Positions 12,950 to 25,707 are shown, counted from the stretch's first letter. The stretch is DNA of 64,000 nt from Moniliella sp. 'wahieum' (GCA_003971905.1 RSEE01000153.1:1-64000); one strand, 5' to 3'. The notes: generated by a model from the letters alone, not told the origin. Program-made: numbers and translations.

Positions 12950-15900
12950 AAGGCTGGGCCTCTTAGGCCTCAGCCTTAGCCCTCAGCGAGGCCGGTGACC
13001 GGTGAGGTCTGTTGTTGGGCTTCAAACTAGCTGTTCAAGCTTCAAGAGCTTCAACGTTCAACGTTCAACGTAGTAGAGTAGCGCGATATACTGGCCCTCT
13101 AGTTACTAGTTGCTATTTACTATCACACATCACTTGCATCATGCATCGGCAGTCACAGTCACTTGCTTCCCAGACTCCGTGGACCCGACGAAGGCGGGTG
13201 GCACACACGCGCAGCTTGTAACATGTAACGAGATACAAAAAGCCAGCGACTACACCAATAGCCTCCTTCTGTGGCACCTCTTTTCAAATTTCAGCATCCA
13301 TCGCGACCTCCATCGCCGGGTAGATCAAGCTGATCAAGAGAGCGCCAACTCGTGGAGGACTCGAGAGTCTGTCTGGCAGCGTCCGAGGCGATAGGGTCTT
13401 TCAAAATGCCATGTTGGCCAAACTGAGTTGGCCAAGGCTCTCACCGGTCACCAATCACCGGTCACCCCCACAGTTTATAGAACGTTTTCAGGTACATCGA
13501 GATTTAAAGCGGTTGGCGACACCTGTCATGCGTCATGCTCATGCGTCACATGTCACGCGCCACGCGTCACATGTCACCTGCACAAGCCATGCATCCGTAA
13601 CACATGCCATCATGCATCAGTATCACACAACACCAGGGACAGGTCACATGCCACATGTCACCTGTCGCCGAGTATCGGGTACCCGGTATCGCCACAGGTG
13701 ATGTTGATTTGAGCTGGCGCTGACCCGGTCATCGGTGGAAGTCACTAGTCACTAGCTAGTCACTGATCAACGTCAACTACCACCGGTCACCGGTCACCTT
13801 CATGTTCCAAGTGCGTCACGCGTCGGAGCATGCCCGAACCCTGTTTACTACCTAAATCGGCCCAAGGGCTCAGTACTAGGCCCAGCGTTTCCCTGTCTTA
13901 CCTTTATGAAATTTCCCAATGTCCTGTGATGGACCCGGAAGCCTCCGGTAGTTCAGTCGTGTGGATAGGATGGGCAACGACTCACGTTTAGCCTTTGAAA
14001 ACCTGAGTGCTTGAGCCGGTGAAGCCGGTTGTGGGCAGCGGAGGAAAAGAAATATCGGTGGGCCTGTTGACAAGAACCCGATCCCCGGGCCGTATTTGCC
14101 CGGCGGCACTCGAGTGAAAACGTAGGTGTGTGGGCTTTCAATTCGTGCCACTGGGGAGGTCTGAGATCTGACATGCACCGACATGTGACATTCGTCTGAT
14201 ATATAGATATCGGACGGATGCATGGCCAGCTTTTGAGGGCCCTGTGTACGCTGGTTGAGCGCAACGCCTGAAGGGGGGGCCTTGCCGCCACGACGAAGGC
14301 ACAACGCACACCGTTGAACGTACCGAAAGTGTTGAACGTTTAACACTTTGAACGCTGAGCCACTGAGTATGCTCAAAACTTAAAGCTTAAAGCTTAATGC
14401 CACAAGTGTAAGTGCCAAACGACAAATATATCCCCGTTCAGAAAAAGTTCAATTAAGGCGGTTATTACGAGTCTGGCTGCTTCTGATCACGTTCATTAAC
14501 GTTGGGCCGCTGAGCCCGAGCCTCAGCCAACGTACTCAACGTACTCAACCCGCGCTCAGGCTGAGCGCAGCTGGAGGGTGGCAACTTTTTGCTTCGCATT
14601 CCCAGCTCCTTAATAATAAGGGCCTAGCCCTCGGCTGTCTCTAGCTCGTCTATCCTCGCTAACACAAAGAGTCACCGGAGTCACCTAGTCACCGGTCACC
14701 AATGTCGGTCAGATCAACAACTCCACCCTACTATACTTAGCACATTTTAAGGGCATCGCGCGTCCTTTTCTGGGTTCATTTTAAGGTTGTTATTGTCAGC
14801 AAGGGTTGGCTCCAGATCCTCAGACCTGTTTTGCATTTCTCCAGGGTATGTCCGGGTGTGGCTGTGGGCCAACGTCGAGAGAGCGCGCTGCAGGCCACAG
14901 CAATACAACAGCAATAATCTGACGGAGAGGTGCCGTTGCTGGACATATCATTCCGGGGGTATAATGATGACAAAAGCCAACAAAAAGTGACTCCGCAGGG
15001 ACTCGTAGATAGATCACACAACAGGTACCACCTGCCCGCACCATATCGTATTTCTGGGGAATCACTCAAACGGACCAGGCCTCAAGTGGTGGGAACAAAC
15101 CATGCCATCTCAGGGCTACTGGCGTACAGGGCATGCAATGGGCGCATATCCACCACGTACGGTCGCGGTCAGCTTCACCGGCCACGATATCCGGAGGTTC
15201 TAGGCACACACCACAGCCGAAACAGGCATCATCAACATCATCAATGATCGATGATCGGCAGCTGCGAATACACACGAAGCGCTAATAAGCGCTGCTAAGC
15301 GCTAAGCGCTAATAATTTGCAAACGCTGGCTAAGCGCTAGCGCTAATACCAAGTAAACTAGCACCTAGCAGGGGCACGTAACCACCGCAACAGCAGCCAA
15401 CGGCAACAGCGCCCCTCCGGGTCGGCTGGTGCCGGTGATTGATGATCGGTCACCGGTCATGGTCACCTGTGGGCCTGATCGTTCCATCGCGTTAGTCATT
15501 AAACCATTCCGCAGCGATGCCAGTGCGATGCCCTGCGATGCCCATAGTAGCGACGCCCATTTCAGCAGCTCCTATGCCAGGCACCGCGGGCACCGCCCAT
15601 AGGCGTCCCTCGCGCAGTTGCAGGGCAAGGGGCGCTGGTGAGCCACCTGCGGAGCTTCGCTTGGCCCATGCTGGCCACCGTGTCCAGCTAGAGCGGGGGC
15701 AAGCAGTAGAGGGCACTGGGCGGGGGTTGGGCGGTATGCGCTGCGCGGTTAGCTATAGTTGCCCGCAGCCTGAGTATCGAGTACCCTGGGGCCGGAGGCT
15801 CCGGTCTGAGTGCCGGAGATGGGCGTTGGTCCGCCATGGCCACGCCACCCCAGAGGTGACCGAGGCGCCATGGGCGCTGGGCACGCTCTCGGTCGGCCGA

Positions 15901-16640
15901 TATATAGAGCTGCCAAGTTTGCCTTAGACCCCGCATCGGAAAGCCCAACCCCCTATCCTTCCTGGAGTGGCGTATGTCCTTCCCAGCACAGTTCGTCACG
16001 CTCATCCCCGTTTGCGCTGAAAAAGCGTCCAGCACCAAGGGCGACGCCACCACCCATCAGTATACACGTTTTGTTGCAAATTCACAGAATGCACGCCAGA
16101 TCGGAGAATGCAATGATACTAGTCATTCATTATTCACATCTCAAATCTCAAACGCGTGGATGCAGTGACATGTGGCAGTCCCTACTAGTCACTAGTCACA
16201 TGTCACAAGACACATGATGTGACTATAGGGACGTATAGAAAGTCAAAAGATGCAAGTCAAGATCGCCTTCCCTGTCCAGCCCTCCCGGCTCAGGTGCCGA
16301 CGCCCAAGCGGAGCACCTCTGCGCCTGAGCCTCAGGCCTGAGTTTCTGGCCGTCTCAAGGTAGCCGCTGTGCTGCCTCCCAGTAGCTGCCGGGTCACGGA
16401 TGCCGCGTATGTCCCGGTCCCCCCCAATCACATGGCGGGGCGCCCTACGAATGAGTCTGCGAGCCGAGCAGTAGTAGTGCCTTTGGCAAACTGCATCAGT
16501 CATCGGACATCATCCATGCTGTGTCTCAATCCATCTGCCCAGGACCTGATCCAGATCCTGAGCTTGAGAGCTTGAAGCTTGAAGCTTGAGCGGTTGACCG
16601 GTGACCGTTGAACTTCAACGTTCGTTGAGCGTTGAGCATC
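12950..16640. repeat. Dense multi-type field of tandem symmetric heptamers
   Basis: (GTTCAAC)2 at 13056-13069, (AGTCACT)2 at 13740-13753, (GGTCACC)2 at 13785-13798, (CTTAAAG)2 at 14379-14392, (GCTAAGC)2 at 15294-15307, and aagctt/accggt/aacgtt runs at 16560-16632. Confidence 0.85.
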
Positions 16641-16860
16641 ACGCGGGGGCACCAGAGAAACCATACATATACAAACGCTCTATATCCAGCCGTTGGCCTC
16701 CTTCTGCGCCCCCCCTACCCCCGCAGCATTCCGACCCACCCCCTTAATCCTCAGAGCCGCCCACCAGAGTCATTCTCTTCCATCGCTCTTCTTCCACTCT
16801 TCTTCCATCGCGCGTCTCCCATCGTCCCCTCCCGCCCCTTGCTCCGTGTTGTGCGACTAT

Positions 16861-18039
16861 ATGCCAGCGTCCAGCTCGTCCCTCCGCACGCAGTCCTCCT
16901 CTGGTAGGAACTGCCGCCGACAGCCCTCCCGCCCGGCAAGCGACGAAGGAGAGCATCGCATCTTTACCTGCACCGTCTGCTCCCGCGAGTTTCATCGTCT
17001 CCTCCACCTCCAGCGGCACGAGTATATCCACTCTGACAAAAAACCATTTCAGTGCCCTTGGTGCCCCAAGGTGTGTTCCCCTCTGCCTCTGACCCTCCAT
17101 CACGGCATCCGTTGTGCTCACCAGCAACCCTGAGTTGTAGTCCTTTACCCGTCAAGACTCTCTCGTCCGCCATGCCAGGCTGCACGTCAAAAAAGAAGGA
17201 GACAAAAAACGGTATCGCTCTCGCTCAATAAGCACAAGGGTATGTCCCTCTCCTGCAAAGCCGTTTCTTGTCTGGTATAAAAGTGAGAGCCGTCACACAC
17301 TAACCTTGCCCTCCTTTCGGTTAGCATGCATGAGCTGGACCAAAGGCAGTGCGAACGGTGCGCGGCATACAATCGACGCTTGCTCAAGCGGAAGAGCAAG
17401 GATGACGCACCCCCTCCTCCCCCACACCAATACACGCCGAAAATATCCACGACGGAGCAAGCAGGCTCACCTTCCACTTCCCCCGTTCGCAAAGGAGAAA
17501 GCCTCTCCCTCTTTCATCACTTGTTCGACCGAGGAAGAAGGGATACCACAACGGATCGGAAGATCGTTTGTACCCGGACGCATGGAGGGCTTGTGAGTAC
17601 CTCACGATCCACATGAGAATACACCAGATCTGACCCCCTTCTTTGTCATATTAGACGCCTTGTCCCCTACTACTACCCCTGAACTGCTTCCACCCGGCCC
17701 AATGCGGAACCGAGATCCGAGCATCTCTTCATCAGAGTGTGGGTCCTACTGAACGGTGGCGATGTATTACCCGGGTACTTCGCTCCGTCCATTTTCCCTT
17801 CCAACAACGTGATAACTCATCCATTGGTGCACTCTTCTGCCGCTAGCAGTCACATCATTTCGCCCTCATGCGTTGCTCCCACACCCGACTTGCTTTCCCC
17901 CTTCACCATGCCCCATTACGAACCCGGACCGCTCTTTGTTCCCACTGCATCTGTAGCGGGATACTTTGATTCTACCCTTCAACCTGCTGTGCAGCCCCCT
18001 CGATCTTTCCTTCCCCTGCGCCCTCCATTGAAGGCGTGA
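16861..18039 (+). CDS. C2H2 zinc-finger transcription factor, paralog of 2443-4247; may be partly degenerate
   Basis: FTCTVCSREFHRLLHLQRHEYIHSDKKPFQCPWCPK, intron 17071-17140 (GTGTGT...gctcac...TAG), then SFTRQDSLVRHARLH; second intron about 17240-17324; 3' end approximate. Confidence 0.7.
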
Positions 18040-19466
18040 AAGATCAGTTCCTCGATATGCTCCAGGCATGCGAAGCAATGGAGCTCAGTCTCTGCTTATC
18101 TCAGGCCCCATGACCGACCGTTATTATTGTTGATTCCCTTACCGGCCCCTCTCTTCGTTCCGTCTATTTCTCGTCCGTCTTCGCACAGTCGCTTCTCCAT
18201 GCTTCCTGTTTCGGTTCTAAGATTTGCTGTGGGCTCAGTCCTCGTACGTTTTTGTTATTCATATGTTTATTCAACCTCAGTGTAGCTTGTACGATTGGTT
18301 TAACATACCAGAAAAAGCTGTTCTCCTTGGTCATATTCGTTAACTCCACGGGGCCGGATTCATACTCATTAGTACGCACAGTGCAAAAGAACAATGGATT
18401 CTGACTGGCATCGTTTCGCTCATCTCGCTCCCATTTGAAGTTACTTCGTCCCGAGCATCTCGCTCCTTCTTCTCTGCCCTTCTGCTTCGCACCTTGTCCT
18501 CTCTCTGTTCTTGCTTCCTCCCCACGAACGAGTGCTACATCCCATCGTCTTAGTCCCGACTGTGACAACGACGGGCCAAGTAACAGAGTCTCGGCACATT
18601 ATCGACGAATTATCGCTGCACATGTATTCTCCATGGCATATCGGGCATGGGGCAACGACGAGAGGGAAGGGTTGCGAGGCAGTTGTCCAGACCTACTCGC
18701 TGCACTCGGCATCACATCCATCTGCATCATCTGCGTCATTTGAATTGCGCACATGGTGGTGTCGTTCGGACACGGCGGTGGCAATATTAGTAAGTAACAA
18801 CCACTGCAGTCAGTCAGACTTCCCCAACCTGAGTTTGACGAGAGAGGCGCATCTAAGTTGGGGCTACTAAAAGACCCCCACATATGCGTCTCAAACTCAG
18901 TTGCACACCGATAGTACACCTTTTATATGAGGGCAGTTCCATATGCACCTTCCCGGTTTGGTTAGTATACCAGATGGCAAATTGATTTCCATAGTACTGA
19001 CTGATGAATCGGGTGCTACTACACCGCGGACTCTGGAGTGGCTAAGCCCTCTCTGGGTTACTGACAATGCTAACTGCACTACGGAGGCCCAGTCGTACAA
19101 AAAAATCGATGGCGAGGTGATTGGCGGAGTAACTACTATAGTAACAGCTGCCAGCGCACACCGCAAAGACTGTGTGGATGAATGCATTCCGCACAAGTTG
19201 CCCTCGATCGAGTGGGTCCTTGCAGTGCTTTTATTACCAGTCCCGGGTATACTTTGGCGTGAAAACACAGGCCAGTTCGTTGCATTTGAGGATCAGATAT
19301 CTATATGGGCACTGGACAACGACCCCGGGGTCCTCGGCTTACTATACTAAGTGAGCAAGATGCCGCAAGCAGCCGAGGTAGGCCGAGGCCCGAAGGAGAG
19401 GTGATGCATGTGATTTGACAGTTAGTTATATTGCACCCGCTCCGGCCAAGTTTGGTGCGTTAGTTG

Positions 19467-20035
19467 CATGAGGCAGTGCGGGAGCCCATTCTCTGGCAAC
19501 TCGTGCGCTCCATCCCCGACACCCACGTCCGCAGCGAACCTACTGTGGAGGAAGAGGATGGGACGAGGCGCGGACGGAGGGCACAGCGCACCGCCCATCG
19601 CGTGATGGGGCCCGGAGCACTCGGAGGATCTGGAATGGAGGTAACCACACGCTGTGCGACACGGGATCGCAGGAGGCGCAGAGCGCGTACCGGAGGGTGG
19701 TGCATGAGAGCACCGCGACGCCCTTGGAACGCCGGGAGAAGGAGCTGCTTCGGCTGCTTGAACAAGCAGAATGCGACAAGAATGCCAAGTACCAGGGACG
19801 CACTCAAGAGCCGTTTTCCCCCCTGGTTTTGACGACGCGAGGATACTACGGCACCAAGACAGCGGGCAAGATGTTTGCGCATTGGATGGATTTGGCTTCT
19901 AAGTCTCAATGGAAATGGTTCCTCGCTCGGATGTCAACCACGTTCATCCGTGTCCACACGCGCTTCCTAGGGTACGGGACCGGATGGCGAGAACCAGAGG
20001 GTCCTGATATCCTGGCGATCCCCCTGGTTCCTTAA
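19467..20035 (+). mobile_element. Degenerate C-terminal restriction-like endonuclease region of a probable CRE/Cnl1/MoTeR-type non-LTR retrotransposon
   Basis: HEAVREPIL...VRSEPT...GP...EVT followed (after a frameshift) by K..KY......FSPLVLTTRG...W...RMSTTFIR. This matches the recalled RH-EP-D-K..KY-F.P.V..G layout of RLE domains. No RT domain is visible. Confidence 0.6.
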
Positions 20036-20098
20036 CCTTTTGGTGGCGCTTCCAAGTAACCCCCGCAAGATAAACGGTTCGGTTTAGATGTAGCGATT

Positions 20099-20128
20099 CC
20101 CCTGTCCCAGCCTTAAGCTCTGTCAATG
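20099..20128. repeat. 30-bp dispersed repeat, copy 1 (CCCCTGTCCCAGCCTTAAGCTCTGTCAATG)
   Basis: Identical to 29840-29869 and in the same orientation. Confidence 0.9.
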
Positions 20129-20320
20129 ATATGGACGCCACCTAGGCCTGACAAAAAATGGATGCAACTGTATGCTCAAGCCGTCTCCACGTTCTCCGGA
20201 ACTGGCACCTGCCGAATATGCCGCTTCCACCCCGACTTCCAACCTATGCGATTGACACCCAAATCCAAGTTCCACTGCATTGCACCAACAACGACGGCCC
20301 GTATCCAGATAGCCCGCTCT

Positions 20321-23300
20321 TTACATTCCGTTCCCCCGAGGCACAGCAGACGTGCCGGGGGTAAAGGTAGCAGCTGTTGGGTTCAGCCGGGCCGGTGAAC
20401 TCACACCCGCAGATGGGATCGAGGCAACCGACCCAACTGCGTCCCGCTTCTTGGCACCGGGTTTGACCGGCGGCCGGTTCTTGTCCCGTTTGGGTGTACG
20501 CTCCTTGGTTCCAGCAGGCGCAGTCGATCCATTGGCTGCTTTTGCTTTGCTGGATCCTGATGGCTCCCCTGCTGGAATTTGAGGGTTCGTTTTTGTTGGG
20601 GCCGGACGTGGGCCCCGGTCTGTCATAGCACCTGCAGGTGCACCAACACCTGCGCCTGAAGCTGGACCATTGGATCGTCTACCCCCGTTGGGGGCGGGCT
20701 TGTTCTTGCCCTTGCGCTTGGGCGTGCTGCGCTGCGCAGGACCATGCGAGGAGGACTGTTGCTCCTGTTGGATCCGGTGACTTTCTTGTTCAAACCAAAT
20801 TTCAAATGCGACGCGCTGCGCCTCTTCTTGCTCAGCTTCCTTGATCCGAGCCAGTCCTGTCGCGCTCGCTCTTCCTCCGCCTGGATCTCGGCAAAGGAGA
20901 GGGATTTCTCGACTTTGGGCTGTTGCTGCGCTTGTTCCACTCGGATCTCCTGCAGCGACAGCGGCTTGCGCTTCGGCCCGCCACGCCACCCCCACTCCCG
21001 ATCCCGATCCCGAGCCCGAGCCTGACGGTGGAGAAAGCGCAGGCCATATGCCCGACGACGAGGGAGAACCAATCGGTGCCATCGTAGTCGATGGGGCTGG
21101 GACCAGGATCGGTGTCCGATTCCCTGACCCAGATGGGCGCGCCCACTTGTCACCTTGGGAGGACCACCGAACCCAACCAGGACCGATTCCCTGCAGAAGC
21201 CTGTCGGATGGAGGGGGCACGTGCAGTGCTGTTAGAGGAAGGCGTTGGTTTGGACAGGGGGAGGGGCTTCGACCCAGCTTGGGCAGCTTGGGCAGCTTGG
21301 GCAGCCTGGGCAGCCTGGGCAGCTTGGGCAGCTTGGGCCGCTTGGCGCCGTGCTTGCGGCAGCCATGATGCTACGCAAGTCGGTAGGGGTCGAAGGGGAG
21401 TAGGCTTCCGGCCGGCTGGGAGGGTCAGTTCGTGACCGTGATGGGGGATGACAAGGGAGGAGGGGATGAAGGACGTGAGGGGCGCCGACCATACGCCAGC
21501 GCGTTCCTCGTCCATGGTAAACACCTCGTCAATCGACATCTCCATCCTTACTGCTTGGAGTAGGTTGGGATGGGGAAAGAGGTTGGGGTTGTGGTTGTGG
21601 TTTCGGTTGTGGTTGCGGCTGGGGCGCCAGGGTTGGACGTGCAGACGGGGCAACACGCTGTGGAGGGGAAACAATGTGCATAGGCGGACGCAATTTCCAC
21701 CCTTGGGCAGGGCACGGTCTTTCATTCCTCGTGCCACTGTGCAGAGAGATGGGGGAGGGATGTCCAGTGACTCGACCATTCCCAGTTGCGAGCCATGGCC
21801 GCATCCACCAAGGTTTGTAGTCCTTTGCGACCCAGGCGATCGTCTTGCAGTTCTTGCACCTTCTTCTCCAGCAACATTATAAGACCTGGCTCAAGATCTC
21901 GGATTGCCCCAGTGTGCAAAAGAGGCTCAAGCAGTGCGGCCATCATTTCAACGCACGCCGAGACCAAGAGAGGTGCATGGAACGTCACGGCATCGCTCAA
22001 CAGCGATGAGACAGTCGAGAGGGTAACGTGCTCGCGGAGAACAAGACTCGCGGCGTGCCCTAACCGAGGAAGAAGGAACCAATCGGCCACTGCCAGTACA
22101 TCCACCAACCGGTCCAGGAAAGCGTCGCGGGTATCTCTTCCTTTTCCTGCTGGGGCGGAGATAAGACACTGACCGCCTCACTGGCTGCGGGGCCCGAACT
22201 GGTTGCTCAGCTGGGTCGAGGGGGAACAGACCTCCCACCCGGGAGTGGGATCGGTGTAGAGGAATGCTAAAAGAACTCGAGCCGCCGCCAGGCCAGCCAG
22301 GAGAGATCGATGGTAAGCAGGCCTTGATCCCCATCGCTGCGCCGAGAAAGCAGGCTGAAGCGTGCCGGAAAAGAACGGGGAACGAGACAGGATGCAGGCG
22401 TGTGCTCCGACGATCCGGTCGGCCAGGACAAGGTGGACATCGTGCTCCCCTGATGTGTGGTGCCGATGAATCAACGGTCCGAACAAACAAATCGTAAGCA
22501 CTGGCAGATCAGCGTAAAGACAGGGAGGCGGGACCCGGGGTGCCGACGAAGTGGTGGCTTCAACCAAAGCCGGCAGCTGGAGACTCTGGGCGAGGGAATG
22601 AAGTTGTCTCCTGACCCGTCCGGATCCACATCCAGTTCGGGGGGCAGGCGCAACGAGAGGGAAGCAGACCAAATAGGAGGCAAGTCATCCGTGTAGAGGT
22701 AATAGACAAGCCAGATTGCCGTCAGCCAATCAACGGCGGGCAAATCAGCGCACCCACGGGCGCACCCCGCTGAGCATCCACATTGCTTGGCAGAGAGCGG
22801 AAGGAACCTTGGGGCAAGCGGCGGAGAGGATAAAGCGATGCACAGGGAGATACCGCCCCGGCGTCCCTGGCGAAGGGACACAGATCATGGCGTCGCAGCC
22901 CGTAGGCAAGCCACCCGGGGCTCCCCCTGAGCAACCGCCATACCTGTATCAGGGCCACCTGGTCCCACCGTCGGGCCATTTCACTAGTTGGACGGCCAAT
23001 GTCACATACCGATCCAGCACCGCCTCGGCCGCGTCAACAGTAGGCTCCTCATCTTCGCTCTTGTCCTCTGCGGGGGTATCCACCGGCTGGTCTACTTTGA
23101 CATCCGCTGGGGCCGAATTAACCCCAAGATTTTACGTGGGGCCCGGCGCAGTGGAAGAAGATCCAACAGGTGATCCGCAATCGAGGGACCAGGTGGTGGC
23201 TCGACCACCTCCTTGGGGGCATACGGCGCCGTCAGCACTGCCATCCCGCCGGGCATTGGCCCAGACCTTGACTGCACGGAATATGGTAGGTAACAAGACG

Positions 23301-25252
23301 AACGAAGATGGACGGCCTTGGTCCGCGCCTTCGGGAATGGGCAAGGGGATAGATAGTTTGGTCCACTCCGCACATAAACCGATCCCCTGGCCGTGCAGAG
23401 AAGCACACCTGCTCGGGCAACGTCGTGACTGCCGTGGCAGCCATCATGGTGGAGCGAGCGATCCATACCCTCTTGGGGCGAACAGGGACATCCGCCAGGC
23501 CAGGGACACGGTCCAGGGGAATGAGATAGACATTACCCTCTTCGTCGATCGCGCTCAGATCCTGCACCCCGCTTGCCGCTTTACCGAGCCGTGCGATCCG
23601 AGTTCTTCGTTCTGTCGGAGTCGAGAAGGCATGCTTGTGCCGGGACGCTAGTGGTGCAGGTGGCGATGGCCAGGTAAGCTTGTTCACCATGTCGTTTCGC
23701 ATCACCATGACCTCGCCCGACGAGATCAGGACGCACGAGGCAAAGTCTGTCGTAGCCGCATGGAGATCCGTTGTCCCTCTGGCACTGCAATGCCCGACAC
23801 TTTGCGTGGCAGAACTTGCACCGCTGCTGCGAACGCTGGGTTGGTTGGGCGGACCAAGGTGGGACGGGTCAAGGTAGGAGCGGCACTAGCGGAAGGTGTT
23901 CCCGATACAGGTCGTTCATAGCCCAGTTGACCTGCATGGGATCCCCAGGTGAAGACGGATGTGTCGGTCCAAACCAGGCTGTGGAGTCGGCTGGCAGCCA
24001 CTCCGCAGACGTGCTCTCTCTTTAGTGGGCCCAATACTTGTCTTGGAGTGACTTGAACGTCCAGTACGTCTTTGACAGCGGATGAAAGGGAGACAGTTGC
24101 AGCAGGCGCTGAAGAGAGAACCATGCCTTGTCCTCGGTCCAAAGTATAGCCCAGACACCAAACTTGTTGGACCCAAAGCTCCACACCTGGCCATGAGACA
24201 ATAGTAGTGTATGATCTGGCCCCACAGCCACCGAATGAACATGGCGATCGAAGTCAGCAAGGCGGGAGAAGGAGCGAACAGTAGGCGTTCCAGCCACATT
24301 GGTGGCTACGGGCACGCGTGGGTCAATCTGAGCCTTGTCCTTGCGCGCCAGTTGGTAGGCCTACCTACCAAGCGTGCCGGTGCCTGCAACCCAGACGTTG
24401 GGTCCGGGTTGGTCAGTGAGCAGGAGAGTGTGCATACGGCCATCGCTACCTCGCGCACGAGGGCGGGCAGAAGCGAGCGCCAGGCATGTGGTTGCGGAGG
24501 CAATATTGAGGCGCCGTGTCTGGGCCTGTGCTTTGCTTTCGCCCTCGTCGTCATCTTGATTATCCTGCTCCAGGTACATCTCCTCTTCATCCACGTCCCC
24601 CTCGTCCATGGAACGGTTACTGTCGCTGTCACATGGGAGGGTAATGGGGAGCGGCCATATGGTGCTAGGTGCATCAGGCAAACCGAGGGTGGCAGCGTGG
24701 TTCGACCCAAAGACGTAAAGTTCAGTCTGGGCGGGGCGATCCGGAGGGGCAGCAGAGGACATGGAAGTGGAATAGAGGTCGAATGGAACCAGGCCCTCTG
24801 CATCGCGGATGCGTGGATCGGTGGAAGAGGAGTGGAACAGGGAGCGTGCTGTACGGACGTGACCGGTGTACAGTGCGGTGGAGGGCCGTCCAACCTGCAG
24901 AAAAAAGTAACGTCAATACAAGGGGTGCACTGTGGCAGGAAATGGCGACGTACCGCTCTCCCTGTCTTGGGCGTTTGCATCGAGCAGCGGATGGGCCAAA
25001 GTGAGGCGCAGGTAAGCGTGGACGTCGGCTTCGTCCGAGACGGCAAGGTGGTGCAGAGGGTGCGCCCATGCGCATCGCGGGCATTGATATCACCGGCCGA
25101 GGAGGCGGTGCGTGCTGGAGAAAGCAGCGGGGAGGAGAGGCCACGAGTCAGCGGTCTGGGAGGTTGCCGCCAGTGGGCCACGTACCAAGCGCTCGGAACC
25201 TTGGATAGTCGCCTACCCGCCAGCAGTCGAGCAGTGTCGGAGCACGTTCCAT
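20321..25252 (-). CDS. Ankyrin + RCC1-like + BTB/POZ domain protein (IBTK / S. pombe Btb1-like cullin-3 adaptor); frameshifted as assembled
   Basis: DINARDAHGRT and GWTALHR ankyrin motifs; RCC1 repeats (ELYVFGSN..LG, VAVGPDHTLL, HSLVWTDTSVFTWGSHAGQLGY); BTB segments (HDVHLVLADRIVGAHACIL, YLYTDD, DVLAVADWFLLPRL); C-terminal SFAEIQAEEE and FEIWFEQES motifs. Confidence 0.85.
21275..21337. repeat. Coding 9-bp tandem repeat (CAGCYTGGG)x7, encoding an (AQA)n-type tract
   Basis: Seven consecutive units read directly from the sequence. Confidence 0.9.
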
Positions 25253-25707
25253 GCCCAGGCCAGCGAGCTGGGTGGTGGTGGTGGTCGGTCGCGATCGTGG
25301 TGGTGGGAGGCGGGTGCGGATGGTGAATGCTGGGGTGGGTGTGGCTGCGGCGCGGGGGCACGTGCCTCTCTGGCCAGCACTCGCCGCACCGAAAGCCCGA
25401 AGGCCTCAGGCAAAAATCCATTCCGCCCCGCTTTCCGCCCGCACGCGCCCCAGACGCAGAGGGCGGAGGGCAACCCTACTATGGGCTGGCTCGACGGGGG
25501 CATCGGAGGGCTCGCCTGAGTCTGCCTGAGATCGGCGGTCCTGAGGCCTGAGGCGGCCCAGGCCTCAGCCTGAGGCGCAGGGGCGCAAACGAGTGGATCA
25601 GCCATCGGCCCCATCATAGTCAGCGCTCATCCGCGCAAGGATCCGCGCCCAGCACCAATCTCGCCATCCACCCCACCCGCCCCGCCGCCGCCCTCCCACA
25701 CGCCTAC

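Noticed and set aside
18900..19350. Weak SelO-like phrase (SQYYGNQFAIW) on the minus strand
   Set aside because: The short match lies in a stop-interrupted frame and lacks the following GDGR motif.
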